Source: Octopus vulgaris
Lineage: Eukaryota
Length of the DNA: 64,000 bases
Direction of reading: 5' to 3'
Assembly: GCA_951406725.2 (NCBI GenBank)
Contig: OX597830.1
Span: 36,952,001 to 37,016,000, forward strand
Within the stretch, counting starts at the first letter, position 1. Each line of letters begins with the position of its first letter. Positions 57,313 to 64,000 of the stretch are shown here, in pieces. Both the position numbers and the translations under genes were made by a program. The notes under the pieces were generated by a model. It was not told the DNA's origin, did no database searches, and saw only the letters and a list, made by a program, of their open reading frames with translations.

Positions 57313-58507
57313 GAAGGGCCTCTTTCAGTTTCCGTCTACCAAATTAACTCACAAAGCTTTGGTCGGCCCGAGGCTTGCCCAAGGTGCCACGCAGCGGGAC
57401 TGAACCCGGAACCATGTAGTTGAGTAGCAAGCTTCTTATCACACGTTTCTATATGTGTATATAAATCAGTTATTCTTCCAGTTTGATTTCCACACTGATG
57501 TGTCGGGTTTCTGGTTCATAAAGTATCTAGCGAAGTTTTTCAGTCGGCAGGTATGACTGCATGGCAAAAATATGTTTTCGTAAGAAAAATGGGTACGTGA
57601 TTGTTGGGCAATTTATACTATATAAATAGCATTGGTTCAAATACCAGGGTATGTGCCTGCGCGCGTGTGTATCGCGTCACAATTTAAATAAAGTTTTATA
57701 CAGTGATAGAGACTTTGGAATCACTCTTCAGTTACGAATTCTTTTATTTGTTTCAGTCATTTGACTGTAGCCATGCTGGAGCACCGCCCTTAGTCGATCA
57801 AATCGATCTCAGGACTTATTCTTTGTAAGCCTAGTACTTATCGTATCGAGCTCTGTGACCAAACCGCTAAGTTACGGTGGCTTAAACACACCGACATCGC
57901 TTGTCAAACGAAGGTGGGGGGAAAACACACACACACACACCCAAACACGTACACATATATAGATATATATACGACAAGCTTCTCTCAGTTTACGACTACC
58001 AAATCCACTCACAAGGTGGGCGCGGGCTATAGCAGAAGACCCTTAAATGCAGAACAGTTTAAAACATCAGTTTTCTGATCTAAACAATAAACTTTGAAAC
58101 TTTGTCAGATATTCTTATTTGTGAATGTTTTTTGCATTCATATGCTCAGTACTCTTTTACTTGTTTCATTCATTTGACGGTGGCCATGCTGGAGCACCGT
58201 CTTTAGTCAAGCAAATCGACCCCAGGACTTATTCTTTGTAAGCCTAGTACTTATTCTATTGGTCTCTTTTGCCGAACCGCTAAGTTACTGGGACGTAAAC
58301 ACACCAGCATCGGTCGTCAAGCGATGTTGGGGGGGGGGACAAACATATACACACACACATACACATATATATACTCATATATACGACGGGCTTCTTTCAG
58401 TTTCCGTCTACCAAATCTACTCACAAGGCTTTGGTTGGCCCGCGGCTATAGTAGAAGGCACTTGCCCAAGATGCCACGCAGTGGGACTGAACCCAGAACC
58501 ATGTGGT
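57310..58507 (-). mobile_element. Cluster of three SINE family B copies (57310-57445, 57738-58040, 58150-58507)
   Basis: Reverse complements of 9146-9557. Further pieces lie at about 56850-57000 and 63940-64000. Confidence 0.9.
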
Positions 58508-58903
58508 AGTAACTGAAGAAAAGTAAAATTAAGAGATTCCAAACCAGTATACGGGACACGTACGTTGCTTATATATACTGTGTCCTCAACTACACACACA
58601 CACATATGCAAAAACAATCACGCACACACACATATATGTATGTATGTATATATACATGGGCATGAGTGCGTGTGTGTGTAGATAATTACCTATATATGAA
58701 CATTTATGTGTACATGAATTTAAGAGCATATTTTTATGCAATATCCATATGAGCAGCAGTTTGAATAATTAACATGGTTAAGATGTATTCATCGCAAGCG
58801 ACAGGAAAATAAAACAGAAAACTTTTACAGAAAGTAAGGTTAAAAAAAATTAGCATTAATAGCTTCTAATTGATTACATCTCTTGATATGTCTAACATGA
58901 GTC

Positions 58904-58935
<32 letters not shown>

Positions 58936-59027
58936 TGTATGTATGTATGTATGTATGTATGTATGTATGTATGTATGTATGTATGTTTATGAATGTATAT
59001 ATAAACATACACTCACATATATATAAC

Positions 59028-59163
<136 letters not shown>

Positions 59164-59260
59164 GTAACTATCTATCTGTCTATCTGTCTGTCTGTCTGTC
59201 TGTCTCTGTCTGTCTGACTGTCTATCTATCTACACACCTACACACACGCATATATACACA

Positions 59261-59324
<64 letters not shown>

Positions 59325-59572
59325 CATATCTATTTATGTTTTCTTTTAGAAATAGGTAAAGAAAAGTATAAACAAAAGGGGAAAAATTAAGTACGGAAGA
59401 AAATGTAATGAAAAATAATGTCAGTAAATAAATAAACTGCTATTGGTACGTGCAATTACAATCATCAGTTGCTGTCGGCGTCGTTTGCCGTCCTCTTCCT
59501 CATCTTCCTCCTCTTCGTTATCATCAACATTATTAGCATCATGATAATAATGGCGTTAATGAAACAGCAGAC

Positions 59573-59613
<41 letters not shown>

Positions 59614-59630
59614 TAATAATAATAATAATA

Positions 59631-59680
<50 letters not shown>

Positions 59681-59759
59681 ATTAATAATAATAATAATAA
59701 TAATGATGATGATAATAATGATGATAATAATAATAATGATGATAATAATAATAATGATG

Positions 59760-59790
<31 letters not shown>

Positions 59791-59853
59791 TGATAATAAT
59801 AATAATAATAATAATGATGATGATGAATAATAATAATAATAATAATGATGATG

Positions 59854-59885
<32 letters not shown>

Positions 59886-59998
59886 TAATAATAATAATAA
59901 TGATGATGATAATGATGATAATAATAATAATGATGATGATGATGATGATGATAATAATGATGATGATGATGATGATGATAATTATAACAACAACAACA
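59573..59998. repeat. (AAT)n/(GAT)n compound microsatellite
   Basis: Directly visible. Confidence 0.97.
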
Positions 59999-60361
59999 TG
60001 ATTATGATTGCATATTATCATCATAATCACCATTATGTATATGAAGAGGCACATGATCACGATTTTGCTTGGCGTTTTGCTGTTAACATACATTCCAGAT
60101 CGTATCGTCGTGTTCGTCTAATTAACAATTTTTGTAATTCGAAAAAAAAAAATGCAAATTTACCACAATTTATGCAACACACACGCACACTCAGACACAC
60201 ACACACAAGTACACATACATACACACACACACAAGAATAGGCATGCATGTGGATGCGTGTGTCCATCAATATATATATATATGTATACAAGGAAACACAT
60301 AAATATATACCAATATATACATACATGCATATATATACACACATAAATGCGTGTGTATATA

Positions 60362-60391
<30 letters not shown>

Positions 60392-60392
<1 letters not shown>

Positions 60393-60586
60393 GAAATACA
60401 AAAATGGGACAAGAACGCAAAACATCCATACAGTTAAGTGAAATAAAAAAAGGAAAACAAATCATCCAGACAGACGATACAAGGAAAACGAGGACGGATC
60501 ATTCGGAGTTTTCTATCCTCAGTCGAGTTTTTGTTTCACTTAATTTTCAGGATGTTTTTCGTTCTTTTCCCATTTTTGTATTTTAA
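60392..60586. repeat. Short element with ~45-bp imperfect inverted ends
   Basis: aaatacaaaaatgggacaagaacgcaaaacatcc..ttaagtgaaa versus tttcacttaa..ggatgtttttcgttcttttcccatttttgtattt. Confidence 0.75.
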
Positions 60587-60968
60587 TATATAAAATATAG
60601 CGGCGTACGTACACACGTACACTTTGGTCTCTTATATATATATATTCTGGAAATTTAAATCTACACTACTGATTAATTCATCTTCTCTGTGAAACTAATA
60701 AGCTTTTAAGAATCTGTGATAAGACTGTGCATCATCAATAAGGAACTTTGGAAATCTGCTTGCAACCTAAATCTGCCTTTAATGAAATTATCTCCAATAC
60801 TTCATGAGTATAGCCTCACCCACTAAGATGTTTGGAGAACTCATATGTATTTTAGCTGATGAGTACGGGACACTTTTATCTGCAGCAATTTTTGCAACTT
60901 GTAATAAAGCCTGTCTTTGTATGAAACAATTGTACTAAAAACTAATCCATTCTTGTTGCTTCTTTCTC

Positions 60969-61009
<41 letters not shown>

Positions 61010-61496
61010 CATGGATACATACATGCATAATACGTACATGCTCATATATACATTATATATGGAATTCGCTGACAAAGTGATAGGCATGTATATGTGTGGG
61101 TGTATGTATCTGTGTACGAGATAGGAATGTGTGTGTTTGTGTGTGCGCGTGTGTATCTATTTATGTATTTTCACATACACCATTATCTATCTATCAATCT
61201 ACCATTTATTCCAAAGCTTTGCTGAGTAAAAGAAGAAATTTTCTTTGACATCGTTACCGACATATTTTGTTTTCACTATTATCTGTTTAAAGAATCCCTA
61301 TTCACACGGAGACAGACATCGTCTCATTTCATTCGCGAGAATACGTCAACTGTTTACTTACATTTGGTAAAACGACTCAGAACTTTAGAAATATATCAAT
61401 GGTTTGACTGTATGACGTTGAAACCTTTTTGCATATTTAAAAGAATGTCCTAAAATAGATGCAAAATATATATCTGACTAGCTATCTATCTCTCTC

Positions 61497-61594
<98 letters not shown>

Positions 61595-61607
61595 AATCCA
61601 TCAATCC

Positions 61608-61687
<80 letters not shown>

Positions 61688-61714
61688 GTCTGTCTGTCTG
61701 TCTGTCTGTCTGTA

Positions 61715-61839
<125 letters not shown>

Positions 61840-63197
61840 GTCTATCTATCTATCAACCATTTTATTTGATAAACCAAGAAGTATATTTTATCAATCATTG
61901 TTAGAATTTAGATAATTAATATTCAATCTACGATTGCTTAAAAGGTAATGATGAATACGTGATGAATTTTGTGGCTGATAATTATTTTGCTTATGATGCT
62001 AGAATCAGTTAGATGTATTCAAGTCGGGGTGGTTGGTGAATTAAGATGGTGACCGTTTCAGGTAAATTATGATTCTCGTATTGCTAATGTCAGTTCTATT
62101 TTCTATAAAGCATAAAAGCAATTTTATTTTATGCAATGTTATGTACATATTACAAGCACCAATAACGGTGTATGCCTCTGAGAATGTTCGTCCAAATATA
62201 TGCAAGTATGTAGACGATATATAAGCGCATGGAATCAGCCTCTAATTCCTACGGTTTTCTCTATAAACTGATAAGATGAGTTAGCTTTAACCTTCGGGAA
62301 CCGGGTGAAAGTCACTGATGATGAATGTATATGTATGTGAGTGAATGAATAATGTGGCATATATGAAGATATAGCGTATTTATCTTGTTTAATTTGTTAT
62401 TTTGGCTCGTTGTTCATGTTTGGGATGTTTTGTTTGTATTGTATTACCTTGTTTTTGTTGTATGTATTTATTTAAATTATTTTTCTTTGACCGTATCGAG
62501 TTGGTTTCATTTTCCTTTTTGTTTCTATAAATAGAAAAATAGTCACCTCTCCTGTATTTACTTTAAACTATAACTTAAATATATTGTAAGATTTATATTA
62601 TAAATTGTTTTATCTAGATATAAATTCTTTTATTTAGATTTGAGTTGATATTTAAAATGTTTTACCATAAATATATAGACATGTGTGTATGGAATTGTAT
62701 ATATATGCATATTGTAAATATATATATAGATGAATAATATGCATGTGTGTATATGTACGTGTGTGTGTATGCATATATACATAAATGGATAGGTATGCGT
62801 ATGCATATATAAATATATATAAATATGTATATATGAATGTCTGTATTATGCAACAAAATCGGTTATAGAACAAGATACTAAAAGATTTAAATTTAGGAAT
62901 TTACATAATTTCAGTCAGATTATTTATTTATGATTAAGCTCGCTTTCAAAAAGCGTTTTTTGAAAAGTGTTAGCAGTTATAAAATATTTTAATTGCTATT
63001 TTTCGTGTAATATTTAAGAATATATGTTGATCTGATGAAACCGCATTATATATTTAAACGGGATTCTATTAATCTTCAAAAGCTTGGTTTTATTAATGAA
63101 GTGGAATCATGTAATTTATGAGATGTGTCGTTTGTTTGTACAAAACAATCCAATTAATGATTTATTTAATTGTTCAGTTTATTGTTTTGGCCTCCTA

Positions 63198-63229
<32 letters not shown>

Positions 63230-63233
<4 letters not shown>

Positions 63234-63790
63234 AGAATTCACAAAAAAACAAAAGACGAAGACAGGTGGTGTAGACAACAAACAGATGTATTAGCTTAAC
63301 GCTCGGGAAGTGAATCAGTCTTTAACGTTTTGACCCTACGCTCTTCCACAGAAATGAACACAGAAAGAATCAAGGAGAGAAAATAAAGAATGAGTAGTGG
63401 CTAGCGATCTATCATTGCAAATGCCGGACAGAGGGGGTCACACAGGAAAGTTGGGAAGGAGGGGAGATAATAAAGTAGTGGTGATCCCCAAACGAAGGTG
63501 CGCGTGCGTGTGTATAAGAGAGCATGGATGTGCGTATGGAAGAGGGCTGGTGACCTTGACGTGTGTGTATGAGTAGGTGTGTGGATGTGGGGCTGAGAAG
63601 TGGTCAGTGCTTGTGTGTACGTGATGGTGTGATGTGATGTGGTGTTGTGTGGTATGGTGATGTATTGTGTGATGGTGTGTAGTATGGTGTGGTGGTATTG
63701 GGATGTAGGGGTGGCGAGAGTAAGAAATCAAGGGTGGAGTGTGGGTTAGGCTGAGGGTGGGGATAGAGGTAGTGTATGTGTATATATATA
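63230..63790 (-). mobile_element. Longest copy of hammerhead-bearing repeat subfamily 2
   Basis: Motif at 63320-63355: AUUU CUGUGGA A GAGC-GUAG-GGUC AAAA CG UU AAAG. Homology to the other copies covers 63230-63420; a GT-rich extension to about 63790 is assumed to belong to the element. Confidence 0.7.
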
Positions 63791-64000
63791 ATACTTTGTC
63801 TGTGTGTCCCCTATGCACGGTCACACCTCTGGATCAATATGTACCATACTTGGGGCACATGAATAATTTGACCTTGTAAATAATACAATCTTGATTTATT
63901 TTTTTTTTATCAAAAATAAATAATATTGCTTTATATCTATATATACTCTTTACTCTTTTACTTGTTTCAGTCAACTGACTGCGGCCATGCTGGAGCACCG

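Noticed and set aside
62240-62325. Additional hammerhead half-motifs (minus-strand gaaaaccgtaggaattag; ctgatga at about 62315 and 63032)
   Set aside because: I could not find matching partner half-cores with stems on the same strand.

Overview
This is AT-rich eukaryotic non-coding DNA (intergenic or a very large intron). The SINE repertoire and dense microsatellites point to a coleoid cephalopod, most likely Octopus; this assignment comes from my recall of the repeat families, not from a search. I find no credible host protein-coding exon, rRNA, true tRNA or CRISPR array, and almost all ORF-track entries are microsatellite translations. The window is a mosaic of mobile elements: two abundant tRNA-derived SINE families, CR1-like, RTE-like and R4/Dong-like LINE fragments, a decayed Tc1 transposase, a Merlin-like MITE with an 8-bp TSD, and Helitron/HINE-like pieces. 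Four observations stand out. (1) About ten type-I hammerhead ribozyme motifs sit in Penelope-like non-autonomous repeats next to microsatellites; one subfamily has a non-canonical CUGUNGA (A6U) core with position 7 varying freely. (2) A complete, TSD-flanked 1.9-kb ORF1-only (HAL1-like) retroposon shares its 3' tail with one SINE subfamily. (3) SINE multimers are joined at an identical internal junction at three loci. (4) There are several foldback or long inverted-repeat structures. All coordinates were read by eye and may be off by a few bases.
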